From: Picochlorum sp. SENEW3
Lineage: Eukaryota
Assembly: GCA_034226945.1 (NCBI GenBank)
Contig: CP120463.1
Coordinates: 496,001-560,000 of the forward strand
Direction of reading: 5' to 3'
Length of the DNA stretch: 64,000 bases
Of the stretch, positions 51,401-61,077 are shown piece by piece. The notes under the pieces were generated by a model that was not told where the DNA came from, ran no database searches, and saw only the letters and a list, made by a program, of their open reading frames with translations. The translations under genes and the position numbers were made by a program. Every line of letters begins with the position of its first letter. Within the stretch, counting starts at the first letter, position 1.

Positions 51401-54400
51401 AAAAACCCCAGCAAGGTCTTCTCTCTTGGACGAATCGGCCATTGACAAAATGATTCTAGAACAAAACAGTTCGTGCATGAAATTGAACTTTTCGGAAGGC
51501 TTAAATTTTCCAGTTCTTCCAAGGAAAACTCCGGAACTAAGGTTGAAGACGGCTATCCATAGGGAGATCAGACTTCCTATGGCTCCCATTCCACCGGTTA
51601 CCACAAGTTCTTGACGAGGCCTCAGAAACTCTTTGGCTCGATGTGAATAGAACATATCAGTGTTTGGGACCAGTACAGGGTGCTTGATACAATTCCCTTC
51701 CACCCAAGACTCGAATTTAGTCCCGTTTACATTGTGTTGGTATCCGTTTTGACTTTTGGCTTGGCCTATCTGAGATGAAATGTACCCTGCTGTATCGGGA
51801 GCCTCGTTGCGCAGCACGCGTAGGAAAGACTCAAACTCTCTCGACGGTCCGATCATTTTAAATCCATGTAGATAAAACGAACATGCGTTGGCCTGTGCGA
51901 AAATAGGCAGGGAAAAGGACAAGCCTTCCAATTTTTTGCCAGTTTTCTGCCAAGCCACCTGGAGAGCTTCGCTTAACCAGGAAGTTGCGCTCTGCTCTGA
52001 CTCAGGCCGCCTCTTGATCTGAAATTCTGTCTCAAACTGTAAAGTCAAATTCTGGAATCTATGACCACCAATTTTTTGATGACTATCGGGTAGTTCTGTC
52101 TGATATGATATGGAGTAGCGGTCTGTCAACCGACCTTCGATTTGCCTCTCCTGCACCAATTCTTTGGACTCTAAATCCGATATTTTGTGGTCTAACATAT
52201 TTTTTGAGTTTTGTTTTATTCCCCAGTGATCTGTGTGGATTATGTGTTTGCCAAACGTCTTGAATACAGATGCATACATTGCTTGCGATTTTGGTTCGTC
52301 ATTTAGCATCAACCTCTTCACTGATACAACAGCTCTTGGCCTCTGAGTAGCTCCTTTGGTATATGATGTGGCTGGTCCTAGATGAATTGAGCAGTCTAAA
52401 GATGCAGGATAACGCTCAGACTTTTCACAGATGATTTGTCCGAAGCTAGCTCTGTGGGGTTGCAACCATGCATCTCTGATTTGTAGAGCACTCTCAATTT
52501 TTGAAAGTCTGCCTTCTTCTGGCCTTTGCTCCCGTATTATTGCGTTCACTTTAGATGAATAGTGGTTGATTCTCTGCATTTGGTTCAGAGAGGAGAGATG
52601 GACCAATCCGGAGGATACATTAATTTCAAACCTCAACAACAGAAAGGCCTCCAGCAGCACTGGATTCATAATCACGGCATCCCCGAGCACAAGGCGGGAA
52701 CTGGCAGCACTTAACATAGATGCAACAACATCTTTGGATAGAGAAAACATTCCTGAACCTGGCATTATAGAGCGTGATCCAACAACATGGTCCCACATGT
52801 ATGAGTCCTCAGGCCTTAACATGCTTTCCACTACCGTCGTGGATCGCTGAGGGGGATATCCTCCAAAAACGAAGCGATTGGTTAGTATCACGGGCCAGTT
52901 GATTTTTCTATAAAGTGAAGTATCGGTACCCGGAAGCATACTCTCCTCTATGCCTTCTAGTGCGATGCAGGTATTGGTTCCACTCATTCCGTAGGAACTC
53001 ACGGTGCTGATGTTGACATTTCTGCAAAGACTGCCTCCAGATTGCCTTTGAGGCAGAAATTTCTTCCCTCGATGGTTGAAAATATTTTGAATAAATGGGT
53101 TCAAATGCCTCAATGAGTGGAATCGAAGGTTGCGGAGTTGCAAAATTGATGAGAGTGCCCCCGCTATTCCATGAGCACCAGCAGTTCCCTCCGTATGTCC
53201 AATTGCAGATTTCAGCGAGACTACACATCAGGAAGAATTCAACGAAGTTGACTAACATGTATACATATATTCAGCACATATGACATACCCAGATATTTGA
53301 CTGAGGCTATCGAGTCGTACACCGTGTCAAGTGCCCCAATCTCAATTGGGTCACCCAAGGCAGTCCCGGTTCCATGCAGGTTGATGGACAAAATATCGTC
53401 TCTAGCCACCATCGACTCTTGTAAAAGCTTGAATATCAATGAAGCTTGAGAAGGTCCATTGGGGGCGGTAAGAGAACTGCTTCTTCCGTCTTGATTGCAC
53501 TCGCATCCTTTGACATACCCAATAATGTCCGATGGGTGACTCTCTGCTTTTCCGACCACGATGGCAACACAGCCCTCCCCTCTGCCGTAACCATCAGCCG
53601 TGGAGTCTAAAGTTTTGCATCTTCCGCTCACAGAAAGTGAGCCTAAGACCGCCAGATTTAGCGTCGTCGTGGGAAGAAGCATGAGATTTGTTCCTCCGGA
53701 CACGCCATGCCCAATAGTCCCACGGCGCAATCCATTGATTGCCAGGTATACTGCAACAAGCGACGAAGAACAGGCTGTGTCGATCCCAATACATGGTCCC
53801 TTGAAGTTAAATGTGTAAGGAATTATTCCTGATGCGAAGTTCAATCCACTGCCTGTTAGATGGGCAAGGTCTGGTGCAAGAACAGTATTGCTCAGAAACC
53901 CAGGAAACTCATTCCAGACACAGCCGACATATGTTCCAACAGGATAGATAGATGAATCTAGCGAAATAGTCCTTTTGATTGCAAGTAAGGTCGATTCGAG
54001 CATTAATTTTGCCTGAGGGTCAAGCCACAGTGAGTCCCGTGCAGAGATCTTTAGGCTTTCACTATCAAAGCAATCAATGTGCTGTATCCAGCAGCCATGG
54101 GTCAGCAGGCTTTCACTATTCGCTATTTTTGACACATACTCCTCAGAAATATGAAATCTGTCTACCGGAGCTCTGTTCGTATGCTCTTTATCATCCGCAA
54201 GGAACGCCAGTATACCCGGCTCGAGAAGAGGCCCAGGGCTCCTCGAGTAACCACCAGACGTACCCTCAACGCTTAATATTGTAAAACCTGAGGATGAGGC
54301 AGCTGGATGAATTAATAAACTTTTATCATTCGTAAACGTGCCAATTTGTCGTAACTTTTGGACTATAAATCCAGTGAGCGAAGCCACATCAGCGTAATCA

Positions 54401-56923
54401 AATGCTATTGTGTCTGGCAGCTGTAGGCTGAAAGCATCCTGCAGTGCCTGCTTGAGCTCGATTGACGTAATCGAGTCCAGACCAATGTCAGCAAAGTAGA
54501 GGTCTGATATGTTACCATCAACTTCCAGAACGTTATGAATTGTCTTCTCCACAATATTTTGTACCTCTTCGTCACTGAAAGCAACATTGTCATTGTGCTC
54601 AAAGTTCTGATCATATACATCAGATTCCTTCACGTGCGATGCCATACGTCCGCTTTCAAGATATTGTATGCTATGAATAGATGTTTCAAATCCCAAGTAA
54701 AGGTCTCTCTTCGTGCGGGAGCATGTGGTTCTCCTCATGGGGGCGGCTGCATCTGAATGGTTCAGCATATCTGATGACAGCGTCCTGGTTGCATCAACCG
54801 ATGCAGACAAACCCCTCGATTGGAGTGAGACTTCAGAAAAGAGTTCTTTCCACATTTCCGAGCCAATACATAGGCCTATTGGATCCAAATCGAGGAGATC
54901 TGGGTGAGACAAGTTTTTTGATGGAATCATCAATCCTTGCCATCTATCGTGGCCCTCACACCTGCTGCTGCTCTGTGTCAAATGTTTCCCAATACATCCA
55001 GCAGCCACAACTTCCGCATTTACTAGGCTGTCTGATTTAATCTCCATTAAAAACGATGGACGTATACAGCTGAACTTGGCGCAGATTTCAGTGTTCAACG
55101 CGCCTGATACACTGCCTAGAACAAGGTCCAACAGAGAGGTTTTGATCTGCAGAGCATGGGTGCAGATCTTGGAGGCAAGGCATGCGAGTAAGACAGAAGG
55201 CAATGTGGGCGTGTTGTGAATCGATTGACTCAGAATCCAAGATGAATTTGAATCGATTCTTCCAATGAAAGCAAGATTTCCATGTCCTGTTGTTGGCTGC
55301 ATGGAAACGCGCGCAAATATGCTGATGTGCAATGCCATCCACCAGCATGGCTCCATTTTCCAAGCGGGGCCAATGCCCTTTCGTTGTTCTCCGTCTAAGC
55401 TTTCATGAATTCTTTCCACAATAATATGAGAATTTGTTCCCTGAAACGCGAATGAACTGATAGATGCTGCCGAAACGCTGTTGTGCACAGCAGAAAAGCA
55501 GCCTGGGCTTCTGAGAAAGCCAAAGACAGCCTTTTGATTCGGTCTCGCTTCCAGCACCCTGATCACATACGGGTTTATCTGAACAAGATTCTTGAAGTCA
55601 AGTCCAATATTAAATTGCAACCGCTCCATTGCATGAAACAGCCCGACCGCACCAGCTGCAGGTTCAGCGTGCAGTACGGTGGCCTTTGCTGCCTGTACTT
55701 CAAGGGTCATGTCCTTGGCAAAAACGGAGGTCGCAGCACCAATTTCGATAGGATCACCTAGTGCAGTTCCTGTACCATGCATTTCAAGAATTTCAATTCC
55801 CTCAGGCATAACTTTCCCAGCAATTAGGGCGCCCCTAATGACTTCTTGCTGCGCTGGGCCATTTGGAGCAGTGAGACTTGAACTTCTACCATCTTGCCCA
55901 ACAGCAGTTCCTGAGATATATACACTTGAACTGCTGCCCTTAGTATCTTTCTTTTTCATCAAGTGCACAATGCAGCTCTCAGCTCTACCATATCCATCTG
56001 CTCTGCCATCCAAAGTCTTACATCTTCCATCAGCTGAGAGCATGCTGGCTGCTTTCAGAACCCACGAAGTCTCGTGACTGATAAGTAGATTTACCCCAGA
56101 AGCAATTGAGAAATTCCAACCTTGAGACATTGAGCTAGTGATGGACAAGTGTATTCCAACCAATGATGAGGAACACGCTGTATCAATGCTTGAGGATGGT
56201 CCTCTCAAATTGAATGTGTAGGACACCCTCCCAGACAAGACACTGAGCGTTCCGGATGTCGCCATAAGGGCATTCTTCTCCAGATGTAACAGATTCAAGA
56301 AATATTCATTATATGACACGCCCACTGTTATGGAACAGGATGAAGGGTCGAGTAGACCCTGGGCATCGTGCAGACATGCTCCAACTGACTGCAGCAATAA
56401 TCTTTGTTGTGGATCCATATACGAAGCCTCTTTCCTGCTAATACCGAACGCATCTTTATCAAACAAATAAATATCGCTAATAAAGGCTCCAAAGCGCTGT
56501 GGCATGGTGTTTCCTGATATGCGCTCAGCAAACCCAATATCCCATCGTTGGAGTGGTACCTGAACACGCATCACCCAGTCCATTAACATATTCGTGGATG
56601 CAAACAACCAGACCATCACCGACGTACCATATTGCAAAAGTCACCATCTATGGAAAAGGGTTTTTGCCACTCAGATGATAGAATCTCGGCCTTGATATGC
56701 GAATCATGGGAAGGTATATTTGGAGACATACAAATCGGCATCTGCAGGAATGGTACGTTGATCAATACACGATCATACAACAAAGAAACATGATGGGACG
56801 TACGTCATACAAGGACTCATCGTCAGATGAATAGATTTCTGCGTATTCTTCCGGCAAAAGGCGAAAACCGACCGCTTTTGAAGTGCCCGACTCCCCGTGA
56901 ATGTCCAGCTCGCGGTTTTCCAT
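23413..56923 (-). CDS. Giant AT-less type I modular polyketide synthase (9 modules + Cys-type TE + TM anchor), multi-exon, roughly 10,500 aa
   Basis: Consecutive minus-strand ORFs joined in frame by short GT-AG introns (e.g. GSIG|MAAK at ~25060/24995, GGTK|GIG at ~33078/33000, AFQ|GTN at ~44663/44576); nine TACSS/HGTGT KS sets, nine ACP Ser motifs, KR GGxGxxG/YxxxN, DH HxxxGxxxxP, one ER; no AT motifs seen. A few junctions (~26700-26800, ~44380-44460) were not resolved. Confidence 0.9.
24500..28280 (-). other. PKS module 9: KS9-(no recognisable DH)-KR-ACP9
   Basis: DTACSS/STHGTGT/HAEGNAG; KR GGTGALG, HASYSAAN; ACP GLESL. Confidence 0.78.
28290..31960 (-). other. PKS module 8: KS8-DH-KR-ACP8 (ACP split by an intron)
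   Basis: DTACSS/ILHGTGT/HAEPASG; DH QHQINAEIILP, DCSLQ; KR GGTGALG, VHD, QSNYSAAN; ACP GLDSIG|SMEL. Confidence 0.82.
31970..35890 (-). other. PKS module 7: KS7-(DH0)-KR(A-like)-ACP7
   Basis: DTACSS/SLHGTGT/HTEGAAG; KR GGTK|GIG, SSISSIWSQIGGAYY; ACP DIDSL. Confidence 0.8.
35900..39680 (-). other. PKS module 6: KS6-DH-KR(B-like)-ACP6
   Basis: DTACSS/SCHGTGT/HTEGAAG; DH DHNVQGRSLVP; KR GGTDGIG, LNDD, QSNYASAN; ACP GLDSL. Confidence 0.85.
39690..42080 (-). other. PKS module 5: KS5-DH-ACP5 (no KR)
   Basis: DTACSS/QLHGTGT/HLEPASG; DH EHIVRDKIVFP, DAASH; ACP GVDSL. Confidence 0.82.
42090..45890 (-). other. PKS module 4: KS4-(DH0)-KR(A-like)-ACP4
   Basis: DTACSS/EMHGTGT/HCETAAG; KR GGTRGLG, no LDD, SSISGIWSQSGGSHY (Trp motif); ACP GLDSL. 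Confidence 0.8.
45900..50580 (-). other. PKS module 3: KS3-DH-ER-KR-ACP3 (only fully reducing module)
   Basis: HTACSS/SSHGTGT/HTEGSAG; DH QHTVRGQPIFP; ER GLNFRDVL, HAGSGALG; KR GGAGDLG, QLNYCAAN; ACP GVDSL. Confidence 0.87.
50590..54340 (-). other. PKS module 2: KS2-DH-KR(B-like)-ACP2
   Basis: DTACSS/NLHGTGT/HTEGTAG; DH DHVVGSRSIMP; KR GGMGAIG, GQLDS, QSVYAAAN; ACP GLDSM. Confidence 0.85.
54350..56923 (-). other. PKS module 1: KS1-(DH0)-ACP1; no loading domain
   Basis: DTACSS, EMHGTGT, HAEPAAG, SSFAFQGTN; DH-like SQSIHNTPTLP lacks the catalytic His; ACP GLDSI. Confidence 0.8.
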
Positions 56924-57108
56924 CTTGGATGGCAAAAGACCTGTCACGGATATAAAGTTTTCTCCTTGATTAATATTCCAGTAAGAAATATATCACGGAA
57001 CTCGTTGTTCCTCAGATGTATCACGGGCTTTCTGTGGACACGTGCCCAGTCCAGGGTACTTGTCACTGTGGGTTCAACGAACAAACTTCCTTGCAAAAAA
57101 ACTGGATA

Positions 57109-57124
57109 AAGGAAATATTTCCTT
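57109..57124. repeat. Perfect 16-bp palindrome AAGGAAATATTTCCTT upstream of the PKS start
   Basis: Seen directly; ~190 nt upstream of the putative PKS ATG. Confidence 0.85.
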
Positions 57125-57295
57125 GTAAAACAAGAATATTTCTTAAACTATTCTGTCTAACATCGCTGCGAATGTCGCTACACGGTATGGACCGAGATTC
57201 CCGTACCAAGTCAACAATAGTTGACTGGGTCAGGGCATTGGTCACATCAAGTACAAGTTGACAGGTTACATGCGATTCACTTTATACATACAATA

Positions 57296-58387
57296 TTATT
57301 TCTTATGACGAGATACACGAATAGTCCAATCTGTTCGAGGATTGTTTCTAGTTCTATATCCTTTGGTTGGTTTTCCCCAAGGAGTTTGAGAAATCCTACC
57401 CTTTGATTTACCTCTACCACCGCCATGAGGGTGATCGACGCAATTCATTGCTACTCCTCGAACCTTGGGTCTCCTTCCTAACCAACGCGATGCCCCAGCT
57501 TTGCCCAACTTGCGATTCTTGTGCTGAGGATTCGACAACACGCCTATTGTTGCCATGCAATCCAGCAACACCAACTTTTGCTCACCTGATGGCAGCTTCA
57601 CAACCGCATACCCATCCGTTCCTTTTTTGACCAACGTACACGCTGTTCCAGCAGATCGACCGAGCTGACCGCCCCTACCAGGCTGCATCTCTACATTATG
57701 GACTTGCATCCCAATAGGAATTTCCCTCAGAGGCAGTGCATTCCCTGTCTTGATCGCCGCATCATGTCCTGAACTTAATGTATCCCCGGGTGACACATTT
57801 TGCGGAGCTAAAACATACGAATATGATTTACTAACGGGCGTTCCTTCCGGCAAAGACTGGTGATGAAGCAATGCAATCCTAGCTGATCTATTCGGGTCAT
57901 ACTCTATGCGCTGAACAATACCATCGACAGTCGTCTCAGGATACCTCGCAAAGTCAATTTTTCTATAAGCACGCTTATGACCACCACCACGATGTCTAGA
58001 CGTAATGCGACCGTGGTTATTTCTTCCTCCGCTACGAGTAAGCCCCTCAGTCAAAGGCTTGAACGGCCCTCCCTTCCATAAACCTTTCCTGCTGGTAATT
58101 ACCCGACCCCTCATACCAGGAGTCATAGGTTTATACTTTTTCAAGCCAGAATCGAGCAACGATGACGCATATCGAACAAAATCCCTCTGAAACAAGGACT
58201 GTGTGGACTCCCCAACACTCTGACGCACGCACGATACTCCCTCAGCCGCAGCTGATATGCTCTATAGACATATATTCACAGTAAATAGGTAACTAATGAA
58301 CAAAGATGGGCTGATTCTTGTCGCAGGTCGTACCTTGTCAGATGACAGCACTCGACGAGCTGCCGACAACAGAGCGCTCCTAAACAT
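57296..58387 (-). CDS. RPL2: Mitochondrial ribosomal protein uL2 (nucleus-encoded); one intron ~58262-58333
   Basis: GGRNNHGRITSRHRGGGHKRAYR, IEYDPNRSARIAL, RPKVRGVAMNCVDHPHGGG; presequence MFRSALLSAARRVLSS; TGTAA downstream of stop. Confidence 0.92.
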
Positions 58388-58423
58388 TCTATTATACTCC
58401 AGTATCTATCCCAATAATTGATA

Positions 58424-58428
58424 TTACA
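58424..58428 (-). promoter_or_regulatory. TGTAA green-algal polyadenylation signal immediately after the SBDS stop
   Basis: Minus strand TGA-ttt-TGTAA; the same pentamer follows the PRPS17, SAM, RETICULATA and RPL2 stops. Confidence 0.6.
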
Positions 58429-58431
58429 AAA

Positions 58432-59809
58432 TCATGCCTTTTTATGGTACGCAAGAGCCATCCGCCGAGCGACAGCATATGATCCCACTTTTTCCCCAGA
58501 AGGAGAGAAAAACACTGCATCCACCACAGAACCATTCCCCTTTTGTTTCAACTGCACCGTCCATCCAGGCTGAAGTTCATCAATTTCAGAGAATCTATCC
58601 CGACGGGATGCGAATTCATCAGGAATATCCGCGATCGGGCCTCTCTGAAACACAACTGTTTGCTCTGATGCGCTCAACGTCTGTACAGGGGCAACAATCC
58701 TTGGTCGCTCTGGTTCTGATGGCACAGCAGCTTCTGCAGGCAAGGAGATGTTTTCCAGCGACTCGACGACGTCCTCCGCGCTATCATCATGTGGTCCTTC
58801 TACAAATGCATTCAATGACACGACTTCCAAGCGACCATGCTGCCCTTCATCTTGAACAAAACCATGGATTTGCCTGTATGCCCCAGGATCTATGCAGCAC
58901 TCTACAACCACCCCATCATCTTCTATGTTTTGCTCCATCACCGCTGCATGATGTTCTTTCAGAATCTTTTCTAGATCTTGAAATGATGATACAGGAATAG
59001 TTATCTTCAGCTGCATCTGTGCCCGCTCAATGGGGAAGACAGCCTTGAGCAAGGGGAGCGCCTGGAAATGAAAAAAAATACACCTTGGCACACGCAAGAC
59101 TTTGGGACACCAACAAGAATACACACGCACCTCCACCGCCTGAAGTTTTGCTGGCTTTTTTGGATCTACTGAGAAATGGATATCTTTCAACGCTCTCTCC
59201 AGCACGCCTATGGTATAGGGCTTTTTTGACTTTGGATTGACACACTTTTCACTGAGTATTGCTGCCACATCACGAAATAACGTGTCCAATTCAACCTTTC
59301 GCTCCTTATCGGAAACCTGCATCTCTCCATCCGCTAAAATCTTGATGCATATCGTATGCTCATCGTCTGTACCGAAAACCTGAATTAAATCCTCCCTCTT
59401 GGCCAACACACCTTTTGACACATTACTAAACACTGTCGTTGTTTGCAACACTTCATCCAAATCCTTCTCTCTGCACAGAAGGAACATGTGAAATAGATCA
59501 CATCAGACATCCTGCCTCACAAACAACACCAGCAACAAACGCACATGCCATTCCTCCAGTTCAAAATCTTATTCTTGTAACACGCAATTTCAAACCGTTT
59601 ACCAAACTTTTTATACCTCACAACAGCCACGTTTGTCAACCGCTTTTGCCCTGAAACATATCATTTAAAAACACTGTAGTTACATATATAGGGTTTCCGT
59701 GCATGTCGCCATCATATATACACGCGACAGTAGTTGAGAAGTGAAACACAATGCCACATGGCATGCAGACATGTGACATACCGATTGGTTGAAATACAGA
59801 CTGAGACAT
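58432..59809 (-). CDS. SBDS: Ribosome maturation factor SBDS/Sdo1 with C-terminal MBD-like extension; 3 introns
   Basis: [37 protein letters not shown]...EKDLDEVLQ...[22 protein letters not shown]. Confidence 0.95.
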
Positions 59810-60002
59810 TGCAATATTCTCTGAAGTGGTATATCAAAATTTCAGACTGATTGCTGTTTTATCTATTACCAATCAATGAACCATGGCTGATCAGCCATCT
59901 TATAAGATGATGACTAGGAAATCTGAGACTCGTCTTCCCTGCCTTGCAGGGAGATTATTCAAATCTCATTGAGGTATATTGCCATTTATATTTGGATTTA
60001 CA

Positions 60003-61043
60003 ATGATTGGTAAAATAATTATGAATGTGAGATTGAGCCGACGGTGTTATTTGCATACATTATACTCAGACTGTTGCCATGTGAACAGACCATTCCAACG
60101 TGACCGATACGGCGTATTCCATGTGGGCAGATCGACTCTCGCACCAGATCAGAAGAATCTATATCATACAAATTTGACATGTGCTGCGGGTGAGGGTTCT
60201 TCCGTGTCGTTGGAGAGTGCAAAACTTGGTGTGATTGGGTTTGGGCAGATGGGTGGAGCCTTGGTCCGGGGGTTTATCAATTCCGGGATTATCGATCCGA
60301 GTGATGTGGGTGCGTCGGTCAAGTCCCCAGAGAGGAAGCAGTCTTTGTTGGATATGGGGGTGGAGCATGTGTTTGGAGATGCGACGCATGGAGGGGCTGA
60401 GGAGATTGCAAAGTTCAGTGACATTGTGCTTGTTGGTGTGAAGCCACAGGTGATCAAGCCAGTCTTGCAGTCGCTGTCTCCGTTCCTAGAGCCAAGGCAT
60501 TTAGTTGTTAGTATTGCTGCTGGTATCAAGCTGAATGAATTGGAAAGTCATTTGGGAAAGGGAGTGAGGGTGATTCGGGTGATGCCGAATACTCCAGCCT
60601 TGGCACAGCAAGGTGCATCGGCGTATGCATTGGGTTCGTATGCAGGGGATAAAGACGCCGAGGTTGTTCATACATTGTTATCCAAAGTAGGGTTGGCTAT
60701 TCGAGTTCAGGAAAAGATGATGGATGGTGTGACGGGTGTGAGCGGGAGTGGGCCTGCGTATGTGTATATGATGATTGAGGCTATGGCTGATGGAGGTGTG
60801 GCAGCAGGATTGCCGCGCGAAACGGCTCTTGCTTTGGCAGCGCAGACGGTGAAAGGGGCGGCAGAGATGGTGTTGCATGGAGACGAAGATACTTTAACGC
60901 ATCCTGGAGTTTTGAAAGATAGAGTCGCGAGTCCAGCTGGCACCACAATCGCGGCAATAGCAGAGTTGGAGAATGCTGGGGTTAGGAATGCGTTTATTCG
61001 CGCAGTGTTGGCCTCTGCATCCCGTTCAGAGGAGCTCGGGTAA
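60003..61043 (+). CDS. proC: Pyrroline-5-carboxylate reductase with N-terminal presequence (start 60003 or 60021)
   Basis: GVIGFGQMG, VKPQ, SIAAG, RVMPNTP, TGVSGSGPAY, VASPAGTT. Confidence 0.95.
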   Translation: MIGKIIMNVRLSRRCYLHTLYSDCCHVNRPFQRDRYGVFHVGRSTLAPDQKNLYHTNLTCAAGEGSSVSLESAKLGVIGFGQMGGALVRGFINSGIIDPSDVGASVKSPERKQSLLDMGVEHVFGDATHGGAEEIAKFSDIVLVGVKPQVIKPVLQSLSPFLEPRHLVVSIAAGIKLNELESHLGKGVRVIRVMPNTPALAQQGASAYALGSYAGDKDAEVVHTLLSKVGLAIRVQEKMMDGVTGVSGSGPAYVYMMIEAMADGGVAAGLPRETALALAAQTVKGAAEMVLHGDEDTLTHPGVLKDRVASPAGTTIAAIAELENAGVRNAFIRAVLASASRSEELG

Positions 61044-61077
61044 AAAGAAATAAAGAATCGCATGATGATTATTATTA

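Noticed and set aside
23413..56923. Treating the many minus-strand ORFs as a bacterial-style operon or a frameshifted pseudogene
   Set aside because: Most breaks are flanked by GT...AG and rejoin conserved motifs in frame, so they are spliceosomal introns of one gene
19982..61043. Biosynthetic gene cluster around the PKS
   Set aside because: Neighbours (VPS18, uL2m, SBDS, P5CR) are housekeeping genes; no AT, PPTase, ligase or tailoring enzyme lies in the window
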